64,000 nucleotides of DNA from an uncultured Acidobacteriota bacterium. GTDB lineage: Bacteria; Acidobacteriota; Thermoanaerobaculia; UBA5066; Gp7-AA6. Every line of letters starts with the position of its first letter. Within the stretch, counting starts at the first letter, position 1. Under the pieces are notes generated by a model. That model saw nothing but the letters and a program-made list of their open reading frames with translations, ran no database searches and was not told the DNA's origin. This document shows positions 50,671-60,233 of this stretch, in pieces. The DNA is taken from contig CAWERV010000018.1 in NCBI GenBank assembly GCA_963811425.1, positions 195,332-259,331 on the forward strand. The letters run 5' to 3'. The position numbers and the translations under genes are program-made.

Positions 50671-52101
50671 TCAGAAATCGACGCCGACCCGCGTTTGAAA
50701 GATGTTCATGTTGCCGTCCAAAGGTCCTCCCGACACCCGCCCGTGGCCGTACTCGAACATCCACTTCAGCTGAGGCCGCAGGTACCAGTTCAGCCCCGTC
50801 ATGAGCATGCCGAGGCGGCCGCCATGGACGTTGCCGTCGGTCAGGTCCGTGAAGGAGTAGCGGACCGCCACCTCGAACGCGCCCCATCCCGTCCTGCCGA
50901 AGTCGCAATTCTTGTTTGGGACGACGCGCGAGAAGTCGCCCTTTGCCCGGTCGTAGGGGCGGCTCTCCCCCGTCAGAAACCAGCTCGCGAGAACGTAGAG
51001 CCCTCCGAAGTTCAAGAGCTCACCGCCGTTTTCCCCGACAAAGGAATGGATGAACTCTGCCTGGAGATTGAGCGGCCCGTTCACCCAGGAGACTTCGGCA
51101 TCGAGCGTCCCGGACCCGCTCGCATCGATGTTGCCGGTGTCGATGACGTAGGGCGCGATGTAGCTCTCCGGGCGCGATTGGTAGCGCACGACGCTCGCGG
51201 CCGAATACTGGACGCCGAGGCTCAACCCGACGTGGAGAAACCTTGCCGAGGAAGGGTCGTCGGAGTCCACGTGGTAGATCGGCAGGCCCGTGACCCGGCC
51301 GATGAAGCTTCCGAAGCGCTTCGAGGCGTTGCCGTACTCGCTCGTTCCGGCGCCCGGGCCGAAGATGCCCAGCTGAAAGGTTGCCCTCTCGCCATCGAAC
51401 GGCTTGCCGACCTGGAAGCCCGCTTCGATGCCCGGAGCGATGGCCTGGAGAGGAGCGGCTGGCTCCATCAGCGGGATGTCCCAGCTGCTGGTGATGACCT
51501 GGAGGCCCATCGACGGTTGGAACTGGCCCAACTGCAGCGAGCCGACGTAGTCGATCTTCGAGAACTCGAGATATGCCTGCTGGAGGTTGAACTGATTCGG
51601 GACGTAGCCGAGCTCGAACTTGTAGCGGAACGGCATGAGCAGAACGGAATCTCCTTCCGCGATGAGTCGCAGGCGCCGCAGCTGCACGCCGTCGTCGAAG
51701 CCCGTCAGGTTGCCCGTCGTCGTGAAGGCAGCGCCGTCCACCTCGACTCGGGCACCGAGGCGGCCTGTGAGCTTGAGTTGCTCGAGATGAATATCGGCGA
51801 GAGGGTCGGATTCGGCGCGCGGCATGCCCAGTTCTTCCGCCAGGCTTCTCAGGTGCGTGCTCTGTCGCAACTCCAGGAACAGGCCATCCCATCCCTCCCA
51901 CGAGAAGACCCACCTGTGGGACTCTTGCTTGTGAGCCGGTGCCGAGCCGCAGGCCTCCGCGGGCGCGCAGGGCACAAGCGCGACCTGGCCGGACGTTTTC
52001 GGTTGCGACGGAGCCTCCTCGCCCCGGGCGACCAGCACGTTCGCCGCGAGGGCGAGGGCGCAAGCCAGGTGAAGTCTTCCCGTTCGGCAATTGACAACCA
52101 C
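50671..52101 (-). CDS. Phosphate-selective porin O/P family protein
   Basis: 476-aa ORF with GTG start. Beta-barrel pattern ending ...FQTRVGVDF. The resemblance to the OprO/OprP family is from memory. Confidence 0.6.
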   Translation of the reverse strand: MVVNCRTGRLHLACALALAANVLVARGEEAPSQPKTSGQVALVPCAPAEACGSAPAHKQESHRWVFSWEGWDGLFLELRQSTHLRSLAEELGMPRAESDPLADIHLEQLKLTGRLGARVEVDGAAFTTTGNLTGFDDGVQLRRLRLIAEGDSVLLMPFRYKFELGYVPNQFNLQQAYLEFSKIDYVGSLQLGQFQPSMGLQVITSSWDIPLMEPAAPLQAIAPGIEAGFQVGKPFDGERATFQLGIFGPGAGTSEYGNASKRFGSFIGRVTGLPIYHVDSDDPSSARFLHVGLSLGVQYSAASVVRYQSRPESYIAPYVIDTGNIDASGSGTLDAEVSWVNGPLNLQAEFIHSFVGENGGELLNFGGLYVLASWFLTGESRPYDRAKGDFSRVVPNKNCDFGRTGWGAFEVAVRYSFTDLTDGNVHGGRLGMLMTGLNWYLRPQLKWMFEYGHGRVSGGPLDGNMNIFQTRVGVDF

Positions 52102-52102
52102 G

Positions 52103-53203
52103 CTATTTCGGGGAGGCGAACCACTTTCGTTGGATTTCCTCGTAGCTGCCGTCGGCGTACATCTCGAGCAGGGCCTCGTCGATCTGCTTGCGCAGCGGGC
52201 TCCCCTGCGCGACGGCGATCCCGAGCTTTTGGGGCATGAACACCGGACCGACGACCTGGAGCAACCCCTTGCCCCGCCGCGCCGCCCAATACTGGAGCGT
52301 CGGCGCCTCGTACACGATGGCCTGGGCCTGCCGCCCCATGAGCAGGGCGTATCCGGTTTCGGCGTCGGCCATCGGCGTGAACGGCAGACCGAGTCGCGTC
52401 AGGTATTGGGCGGCCGTGCTCCCGGGGATCGTCGCGATCGTCTTGCCGGGCAGATCCTCGGGGCCCCTGATGTCGGAGCGAAGCTGGCGGACGGTCAGCG
52501 AGGACGTCACGGTCGCCGTGAGCTGCGCGATCAGTCCGACGCCGAGGAGCCACATGAAGACCACCGTGAGCCGCCGGACGACTTCCGGGGTCTCGCGGTC
52601 GCCATACTCGCCCGTCGCGATGATGAGCACCACGCCCCAGAGCCCCTCCCCGATGCCTCGGAGGTATCCCTTCTGAAAGCTCGGGTTGCGCCGGCGCTCG
52701 ATGAACCAGAGCACGTGGGCGAGCAGAAACACTGCGATGGCACCCGCCGCCAGCAGCTTCCGCAGGGCCGGCGAGAAGAGCGAGACGACCGTCGTCCAAA
52801 AGGGTTCCGTGCGGTCCACGCGAACCATGATCTGCAGACCCGAGTCGAGATAAGGGATCGTGAAATCGACCTTTTCCTCCCGCTCGGGCGTCATCACGAT
52901 AGCCGAGATGGCAACGTCCACCTTGCCGTTCGCGACCGCCTGCACCTGATCGCTCTGGCTGTGGAGACCCAGGTCCAGGGAGGAGGAATCCACGCGAATG
53001 CGCCGCGCGAGGGCGTTCCAGAGGTCGACGCTGAAGCCGGTCAATTGTCCGTCCTGCTGGATCACGAACGGCGGGATTTGTCCCGTGGCGACGCGGAGAG
53101 TCCGGGCAGGGGCCGTCGCGCCCTCGGCGTCCGCCACGCCGGCGCCGGCGAGCGCCGCCAGGAGGACGACTCCGGCGGATCGCGCCCCACGCGGAGCGCT
53201 CAT
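52103..53203 (-). CDS. GluR0-like ligand-gated K+ channel (periplasmic-binding-protein lobes interrupted by an M1-P-M2 pore)
   Basis: SBP family-3 lobe 1 (LRVATGQIPPFV...GFSVDLW...DVAISAIVMTPERE) is followed by TM, pore loop ATGEYGD (compare the K+ filter TxGYGD) and TM. Lobe 2 follows (GKTIATIPGSTAAQYL...KLGIAVAQGSPL). Confidence 0.75.
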   Translation of the reverse strand: MSAPRGARSAGVVLLAALAGAGVADAEGATAPARTLRVATGQIPPFVIQQDGQLTGFSVDLWNALARRIRVDSSSLDLGLHSQSDQVQAVANGKVDVAISAIVMTPEREEKVDFTIPYLDSGLQIMVRVDRTEPFWTTVVSLFSPALRKLLAAGAIAVFLLAHVLWFIERRRNPSFQKGYLRGIGEGLWGVVLIIATGEYGDRETPEVVRRLTVVFMWLLGVGLIAQLTATVTSSLTVRQLRSDIRGPEDLPGKTIATIPGSTAAQYLTRLGLPFTPMADAETGYALLMGRQAQAIVYEAPTLQYWAARRGKGLLQVVGPVFMPQKLGIAVAQGSPLRKQIDEALLEMYADGSYEEIQRKWFASPK

Positions 53204-54595
53204 TCCGACTCGAGCACGGCCTCGACGCGCCCCGCGCGAATCGCCTTCTTGAGCGCCCCGTGGTCCCGCTCGCTCTGGTCGGCGTAGGCGACGGCAAAGG
53301 CCGCGATGGCCTTGTCGAAGGCGTCGCTCTTACCCAGATAGCCGCTGATCTGTGCCGGCTCCGACAGACCGGGCGTGAGCCCGCGCCAGCGTCCTGGCGC
53401 AGATTTCCGCGTACTGGGTCATCATGACGGGCTTGAAGAGCTCGACCATGGGCGAGATCTTCATGTCCTTGAGCCGCCGGACGTAGAAATGCCGGCCGAG
53501 CTTGCCCTTCGTCCAGCCGAGGAAGATGTCGCTCGCCGACTGCATGAGTCGGTACCCGTTGACGACGCGCTGCCCGTGATTCGGGTAGACGCTCCTGCCG
53601 GCGTAGGGCTCGAGAACCGAGCGGCGGGCCTCCTTGACCTGGAGGAAGAGGGGATCGCGATCACTGGCCATCAGCAGCATGACGGCGCAGAAAGTTCCGA
53701 CGCTGCCGACCCCGACGACCTTGATCGCGATGTCTTTGAGCTCGAATCGGTCGAGCAGGACGCGCCGGTCCTCCTGCAGGGACTCCCGGTAAGCGCCGAA
53801 GGCCTCCCGCGCGCGCGTCAGGAGGGCCTCCCCGCCCTCGTTCTGCGGGTGGTAGATCAGCGGAGGGTTGTCCTTGATGACGGGCTTCTTCCCGGCTAGC
53901 GCGGCGAGCTTCGGGAAATCGTGCTCCTGCACGCTGCGAGCACGGGCTTTCGCCAGCAACCTCTGGTGCCGCTGGCGGGTTTCCTTGTCCCTGAGCGTGG
54001 GCAACGTCTTCTCCACCTCGATGCTCGAGTACCAGACGTCCAGCACCGACATCTGGGCAAATTCCGCCATGTGCTCGCGGTAGGAGCGAACGCAGGAAAG
54101 CGCGGCATCTCGAGCCGCCCGCTCGCTGAAGCCGTTGTTCCGACAGGCCAGGACCACGCTCGCCGCGAGACGTTTGACGTCCCACTCCCAGGGCGCGGGC
54201 AGAGTCTCGTCCATGTCGTTGACGTCGAAGATGACCCGGCGTTCGGGCGTTGCGAAATCGCCGAAGTTGAGGAGGTGGCAGTCGCCGCACGCCTGCACTT
54301 GAAGGCCGGTGGCCGGCATGCCGGCCAGGTCGGCGGCCATGTTGAGCGCCGCCCCCCGATAGAAGGTGAACGGCGTCTTCACCATCCGTCCGTAACGAAT
54401 GGGGATCAGCTCGGGAATGCGCCCCTTGTTCGACGCTTCGAGCAGACTAAGAGGGTCGCGGCGATCGTGCGGCGGCTTCCATCCAGCGTGGGAGCGGCGC
54501 GGACACTTGTCCCGCAAGCGCTTTCCGATCTCCGAGAGCTTCTCCGGAGAGAGACGCGGCCTGGCTGGCCCGAACGCGCGGCCGGAAGGTTTCAT
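53200..54595 (-). pseudogene. DUF2252-family protein with one frameshift near 53362
   Basis: ORF 53330..54595 carries DUF2252 blocks (IPIRYGRM..PFTFYRGAA, ACGDCHLLNFG). The expected C-terminus PAQISGYLGKSDAFDKAIAAFAVAYADQSERDH continues in another frame down to a stop overlapping the channel ATG (ATGA). Confidence 0.7.
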
Positions 54596-54646
54596 ACTCC
54601 CTCCTTCTCTGGGGAGAGACTCAGCGTGGCGTCAGCGCGCCGAGGA

Positions 54647-54678
54647 GAGTCCACGGCTCAAAACTTCGTGAGGTTCGG
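54647..54678 (+). repeat. Inverted, rearranged fragment of the tRNA-like part of the array repeat
   Basis: The plus strand reads GAGTCC-ACGGCTCA-AAACTTCGTGAGGTTCGG. The minus-strand consensus of the array repeat is AACTTCTCGTAGGTTCGAGTCCTACACGGCTCA. The same blocks appear in opposite orientation and in permuted order. Confidence 0.4.
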
Positions 54679-54923
54679 CGCCGGTGGCGAGCATTGCAAC
54701 GATTGCCTGTCTCTGGCGCGTGATCTCCATCGTCATCTCCTCGTCGAGTCGACGAACGTCTCGCCTACCCTGCCTTCTTGGGGTACTGGATGTTCTTCAG
54801 CGAAGACAGTCGTCAGCACGGAGCACTCCCTGAAAAGTCAGCGCGTCACTACAACGCGATCCAAGGCGCGAGCCGCTCCCTGCGGAGCGGCCCGCGTCGT
54901 GGACGATGGGACGGACCAACGGC

Positions 54924-56591
54924 TCAGTGCGCTCCGACGGTCTGAGGCAACTTGATCGGATCGTACGGGAGCGGATTCTCGGGATTCTGCAGATTCGGGA
55001 TCATGTCGTTGGAAGCTCCGCCGGGGAATCGCTTCTTGTTCGGAAACTGGACGATGGACTTGTTGAACTCCATGAGCGGAATGTCCCCGAGCGAAATGGC
55101 CCAGCCATTGTCCATGCCTGCGTAGCGCCCCGCCGACGAGGTCGGATTGCGCACAGCCACCGCGCCGTTGAACGTCATGTCGTACTTCTCGTACGGGTCC
55201 ATCGTGAGGTTGTAGGTCGAACCGATGGCGCCAAGGTCCAGCGTCGGCCCCAGCCACGTGTCCTTCGAGGAGTAAAGCATCTTCCATGCAATCTTCAGGT
55301 CGGGATTCTCCGGGTCACCGCCGACGTCGGCACGCATGCCCAGAAACTTCTCGCCGTCGGTGTAGATCCAGCCATTGCGCGCCGAATGCTTCGCCTTGCC
55401 GGTGACGTAGGCCGTGTTGTCGATGCCGTCGAAGTAGATGGGCTTGCCGTTGTTGTCCTTCCAGGCGCCGTGCGGAGGCGGGGTGAGGCCGGCCATCGTG
55501 GCCGTCGTGGGCCACACGTCCATGTGCGACATCATTTCGATGAGGACCTGTCCCGCCGGTATCCGGCCCGGCGCCCACATGATGCCCGGCACCCGGAACG
55601 CCCCTTCGAAGCCCGTGCCTTTCTCGCCGCGGTACGGGTTGGTGCCCGCGTCGGGCCAGGCGTCCTGCCAGGCGCCGTTGTCTGCCGTGTGGATGACGAT
55701 GGTGTCGGGCGCCGCCGCACGGATGGCATCCATGATCCGGCCGATGTTGTAGTCCATTTCCATCATCTTGTCGGAGTAGTTGCCGAGGTGTGACTTGCCC
55801 TGGAATGCCTTGTTCGGGCTGGTCGGCTGGTGCATGCCCATGAAGTTCACGCTCATGAAGAACGGCTTGCCGTCCTTGGCGTGCTGCTTGATGTAGGCGA
55901 CCGCCGAATCCGTCTGGCGGACGTCGAAATCGGCCAGGTTCTCCAGCGTGATCACGGCGCCGTTGTTGCCCTTGACCGCGGGCTTGCCCGCCGTGCCCTC
56001 CCATTCATACCGGTTCACCACCTTCTGGTACATGTCCCAGTATTCCTTGTTGTACTTCGGGAACCACGGGTGCGCATTGGGTGCCGTGTCTTCATACCCA
56101 TAGACACCCGGGTAGTAGGCTGCGAACTGCTTCATCTCGTCGAAGCCGTGCTCGATCGGGTAAAACTTCGGCACGTCGCCGAGATGCCACTTGCCGGAGA
56201 AGTAAGTCTGGTAGCCGTTTTTCCTGAAGAACTCGGCGATGGTCGGCGTGTCCGCGTCCAGGCCGTTCGGGTCGCCGGGGACGACCACGACCGACAGGGC
56301 CGTGCGGACCGGGATGCGACCGGTCATGAACGAGGCGCGGCCCGCCGTGCAGCTGGCCTGGCCGTACCAGCTCGTGAACATCGCGCCTTCTTTGGCCATT
56401 CGATCGATGTTCGGCGTGGGATGCCCAAGCGCCGCGCCGCCGTGGTAGACGCCGTAGTCGCCCCAGCCGACGTCGTCGCTCATGAGCATGACGACGTTGG
56501 GCTTCTTGCCCGACGCCTGGCCGAGTGCCGTCAGGCTCGCCGTCAGGCCGAGCAGGACGGCCAGGAACATTCGATACCTGGATTTAGACAT
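54924..56591 (-). CDS. Arylsulfatase (intact), secreted
   Basis: 555-aa ORF with a signal peptide. NVVMLMSDDVGWGD and the active-site region SCTAGRASFMTGR (Cys-type sulfatase motif variant). Confidence 0.85.
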   Translation of the reverse strand: MSKSRYRMFLAVLLGLTASLTALGQASGKKPNVVMLMSDDVGWGDYGVYHGGAALGHPTPNIDRMAKEGAMFTSWYGQASCTAGRASFMTGRIPVRTALSVVVVPGDPNGLDADTPTIAEFFRKNGYQTYFSGKWHLGDVPKFYPIEHGFDEMKQFAAYYPGVYGYEDTAPNAHPWFPKYNKEYWDMYQKVVNRYEWEGTAGKPAVKGNNGAVITLENLADFDVRQTDSAVAYIKQHAKDGKPFFMSVNFMGMHQPTSPNKAFQGKSHLGNYSDKMMEMDYNIGRIMDAIRAAAPDTIVIHTADNGAWQDAWPDAGTNPYRGEKGTGFEGAFRVPGIMWAPGRIPAGQVLIEMMSHMDVWPTTATMAGLTPPPHGAWKDNNGKPIYFDGIDNTAYVTGKAKHSARNGWIYTDGEKFLGMRADVGGDPENPDLKIAWKMLYSSKDTWLGPTLDLGAIGSTYNLTMDPYEKYDMTFNGAVAVRNPTSSAGRYAGMDNGWAISLGDIPLMEFNKSIVQFPNKKRFPGGASNDMIPNLQNPENPLPYDPIKLPQTVGAH

Positions 56592-56715
56592 TTCTCCAAC
56601 CCTCCTTGACGCTGTTGTCTTTCCGCTCGCTTTGAGTGATACAGGTTTACAGCCTGGCCGGCGCGTTGGCCACTAGACCTTGGTTCAGGCGGGGCGCGCA
56701 TGTCCGCTCGAGGTG

Positions 56716-57099
56716 TCACGAGGCGCACCCCCTCGTGCGCAGCGCCGTCTCGACCGCCCCGAGGAGCTCGTCGTTGGGGAAGGGTTTCCGGAGCAGCCGG
56801 ACGCCTCCGGCCTCGGACGCCGCCCGGTCGAGCGACGGGTCGTCGCTCGCCGTGATGAACAGCGCGGGAAGCCCGGGGTGCGAGGAGCGCAGGCGCGACT
56901 GCACGTCGAACCCCGACAGCTGCGGCATGTGGACGTCGAGGATCACGCAGTCGGGCCGGAACGCCTCGAGGGAGGCGAGGAGCTCCTCGCCGGACGAGTA
57001 GGCGGCGACCTGGTAATCCGCCAGTCGCAGGAGACGGCTGAGTGTCTTGAGTACGGGCGCTTCGTCGTCGACGATAGCGACGCGGGTACCTGCTGCCAT
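56716..57099 (-). CDS. Single-domain response regulator (receiver only)
   Basis: 127 aa with VAIVDDE...ILDVHMP...LRKPF receiver motifs. Confidence 0.8.
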   Translation of the reverse strand: MAAGTRVAIVDDEAPVLKTLSRLLRLADYQVAAYSSGEELLASLEAFRPDCVILDVHMPQLSGFDVQSRLRSSHPGLPALFITASDDPSLDRAASEAGGVRLLRKPFPNDELLGAVETALRTRGCAS

Positions 57100-57167
57100 T
57101 GCCCCACGCTACGGCGCGAGCGCGGGAACCGGCAGTAGGACCTTGGTCTAGTCGGCTCCCGGCGAAC

Positions 57168-57842
57168 CTATGCGCGACGGGGCTTCCGCGGATTCCCCGA
57201 GCTCGACGGCGCGTCGGTTCTCGTCCCGACGCCGAGCCTCGCCGCGATGATCATCAGCTCGGCGACCGTTCGCGCCTGCATCCGCTCCATGAGGTGGGCG
57301 CGATGGAACTTGACCGTCTGCTCGACGATTCCGAGGTCGCCCGCGATCTGCTTGTTGAGCCGGCCCGCTACGATCCCCTCCAGAACCTCGCGCTCGCGCG
57401 CGGTCAGGAGGGCCAGCCGCCGCCGAAGCTCCGCGGTGTCCGCCGCGGCCTGCCGCGAAGCCGCACCCTGGTCGATTGCCGAGCGGAGGGCGGGGATCAG
57501 GGCGGCGGCCCGGACGGGCTTGGTCAGGAAGTCGGCGGCGCCGGCCTTGATCGCACGGACGGACATGGGGATGTCGCCGTGTCCGGTTATGAACACGATC
57601 GGCGCGGCGCGGACGGCTTCGGCGAGGCGGCGCTGTAGCTCCAGTCCGTCGATGCCCGGCAGGTTCACGTCGAGGAGGAGGCACGCCGGCGTCTCGGGGC
57701 CCGGATGAGCGAGGAACGCTTCGGCGGAATCGAATGTCTCGACCCGGAAGCCCTCAGCCCGCAGGAGGCGGGAGAGTGCCTTCAGTACTCCCGCGTCATC
57801 GTCGACGACGAAAACCGTCTCCCGCGCGGCTTCCGTTGTCAT
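57168..57842 (-). CDS. LuxR/FixJ-family response regulator
   Basis: ATG at 57842 overlaps the kinase stop (ATGA). Receiver domain (VFVVDDD...LLDVNLPG...FLTKP) plus C-terminal LTAREREVLEGIVAGRLNKQIAGDLGIVEQTVKFHR HTH. Confidence 0.85.
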   Translation of the reverse strand: MTTEAARETVFVVDDDAGVLKALSRLLRAEGFRVETFDSAEAFLAHPGPETPACLLLDVNLPGIDGLELQRRLAEAVRAAPIVFITGHGDIPMSVRAIKAGAADFLTKPVRAAALIPALRSAIDQGAASRQAAADTAELRRRLALLTAREREVLEGIVAGRLNKQIAGDLGIVEQTVKFHRAHLMERMQARTVAELMIIAARLGVGTRTDAPSSSGNPRKPRRA

Positions 57843-60027
57843 GACTCGTGACGCGAGGGCAGGGTGACGCAGAAGATCGCCCCGCCCCCCGGGCCGTTGG
57901 ACGCCGCCAGGCTTCCCTGGTGCGTGGCGACGATCGAGCGACAGATTGCGAGACCCATGCCGATTCCGGCGGGCTTCGTGCTCCAGAACGGCTCGAGCAA
58001 CTCTTTCAGATTGTCCGGGGGTATTCCGGGACCGTTGTCGGTGACGAAGATGCGGGTACTCGAGTCGATGGCTTCCGTGCGGATACCGACCCTCCTTTCG
58101 TGTTCGTCGATGCCGCTCACCGCGTCGGCGGCGTTGAGGACCAGGTTCAACAGGACCTGCTGCATCTGAACGCGATCGCCGTCGACGGTCGGAAGCGAGG
58201 AATCCAGTTCCGTGACGACCCGGACCTGGCGCTCCAGGAAGTCGGACCGGACGAGTTCCAGCGTCTCGAGGATCAGCCTGTTCGTGTCGATGGGCTCGAG
58301 CTGCAGCTCGCTTCGCCTCTGGAAGAGCGTCCTGAGATGCCGGATCACCTCCGCGGCGCGAACGCCCTCCGTGACGATGTCGTCGCAGATGGCCCGAAGC
58401 TCGGCAAGATCGATCGGCTCGCGACCCAGGATCTTCTGCACCGCCTCGGCATTGCCGAGGATGGCGGCCAGCGGCTGGTTCATCTGGTGCGCAATGGACG
58501 CGGAAAGCTGCCCCAGCGTCGAGACGCGGCTCATGTGGCGAAGGGCGGTGCGGTCCCGCTCGGCCTGCAACTCGGCGAGCTTGCGGGGCGTGATGTCGAG
58601 CGTCACGCCGAGCAGGTGCTGTCCGTCTCCCTTTTCCATGCGCGCCCCGCGCGACGACCCAGCGCACCTCGCCATCAGGCCGTAAGAGGCGGTACTCGAC
58701 GTCCAGATCCGAACCCTCCACGGCTTGCCGCGCGGCTTGCTCGACGGCTTCGCGATCCGCAGGGTGCGCGGCTTCGAGGGCCTGGCGGAGCCCGCCCGTC
58801 TGCTGCGCGCGATGAGCCGGGATTCCAGAGCCCGTCGCCCCCGACGTCCCACACCCACATCGAGAGCTCCGCTGCGCGCGCCGCGAGCGTCATGCGCTCC
58901 CTGCTCTCCTCCAACGCGGCCGCCGTTCGGCGCCGCAATCGCCGTTCGACAAGGAGCGCGGCGATCAGCCCGGCCTGAACAAGAAAGGTGACGAGGCCGA
59001 CGATCGCCGTCGTGCGGTGCGCCTGCAAGAACGTCGGCTCCCGGAAGTGCCAAACGGCTCCAGCGGGAATCTCCCGCTCGGCGATCCCCCACCGGCGGGC
59101 CTGCCGCCAGTCGAGGTGGAGCGCGGTCGCCGTGAGCTCCGGCAGGCGGAGCGACGAGGGCTTGGCGCCGGCGAGAAGCTCGGTGACAATCCCCGCGGCC
59201 TCGCGCCCCATGCCTCTGAACGTCGGCATTCGCCCGCCGACGACGCCCGTGCCGAGGAATGAATCGTAAGGCGCGTAAACGGGAGCCGTCGTCGCGCCGG
59301 CAATGAGCTCCACGGAATCGTGCGGAGTGAAAACGCGGCCATCCCCGTCCTCGAAGTAGCCGGGTGAGAAGACAATGGCGTCCCCTCGGAGCCCGCGCAG
59401 ACGTTCGAGGACCTCGCCGGTCGGTAGGCCGGCGAGGAATTCGGGCTTCGCACGGCCGGAAAACGCCGGCGCCTCCGTCCTCAGTCGTGTCTCCCAGTCA
59501 CGGTCCCACACCGAAGCCCCCGTCACGACGATGAGGCGCCGGACCTTCGGATGCCAGGCCAGGGCCTGCTCAATCGTGGCGGAAAAATCCCACTCGATCG
59601 GGACACCAACCACGTCGGGCGGCAACGCCGGCATTTTTCGCAGATACGAGCGGGAGACGGCCACATGGACGACTGGCGTCTGAGGGAAGAGCTGGTCGTG
59701 ATGACCCAGGATGAACTCGAGAGCATCCTCGGCAGCCACGACGATCACGTCCGGCAGCCGAGTGGCGTATTTCTCCCTCAGGTACGTGGCCATGGTGTCG
59801 CTGTAAGCCGGCCCACCGAAGTGAGGCACGTCGAGGAACTCGGCGAAGAGCTCCACGTGTCGATCTGCCAACATCGCGAACGTCTCGCGCAGGCCGCGCT
59901 CGATCTCGATGTTCGCCGGCAGCAGTCGGGCATTCGAGAAGATGACGAGAACGTCTTTGTTCTCCACGGCCGGCGCTGACGGGGCGTGCGCGAGCCCCAG
60001 CGCGGCCAGGAGCATGCCGGTACACAT
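57839..60027 (-). pseudogene. Sensor histidine kinase (periplasmic substrate-binding-like domain, PAS, HisKA, HATPase); frame broken several times around 58620-58850
   Basis: The N-terminal sensor and TM part is in ORF 58675..60156 (start ATG 60027). A PAS piece DLDVEYRLLRPDGEVRWVVARG is in ORF 57168..58721. The H-box LGQLSASIAHQMNQP and the HATPase part (DNGPGIP, GIGMGL) are in ORF 57839..59092. Confidence 0.7.
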
Positions 60028-60102
60028 CGCCGTTCTCACGCGGGTATTCTCTGCGAGAACGCAGACGACTGACGAGGCGGAAAGGCCCCGAACCCGAATT
60101 GA

Positions 60103-60207
60103 ATGAGTAGTGAGCCGTGTAGGACTCGAACCTACGAGAAGTTCACAACAGGTCAACGAGTTGGAGCCACGTGTCCGAGTCCTGTGTCCGAGTCCTTTGT
60201 CCGAGTC
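60103..60207 (+). repeat. Array repeat copy R7 (three 13-mers)
   Basis: atgagtagtgagccgtgtaggactcgaacctacgagaagttcacaacaggtcaacgagttggagccacgtgtccgagtcctgtgtccgagtcctttgtccgagtc. Confidence 0.9.
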
Positions 60208-60233
60208 GGTCTACGACGAAAGTCGGCACCGCC

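Noticed and set aside
54632-54730. 32-codon minus-strand mini-ORF (MEITRQRQAIVAMLATGAEPHEVLSRGLSSAR) with a GAGGAG RBS
   Set aside because: It is too short to assess, has no recognisable family, and overlaps the inverted repeat fragment. It is left unannotated.
56675-57150. Shared GACCTTGGT motif downstream of both response-regulator genes (about 56678 and about 57137)
   Set aside because: The match is only about 9 nt with weak dyad symmetry. That is too short to separate from chance without genome-wide statistics.
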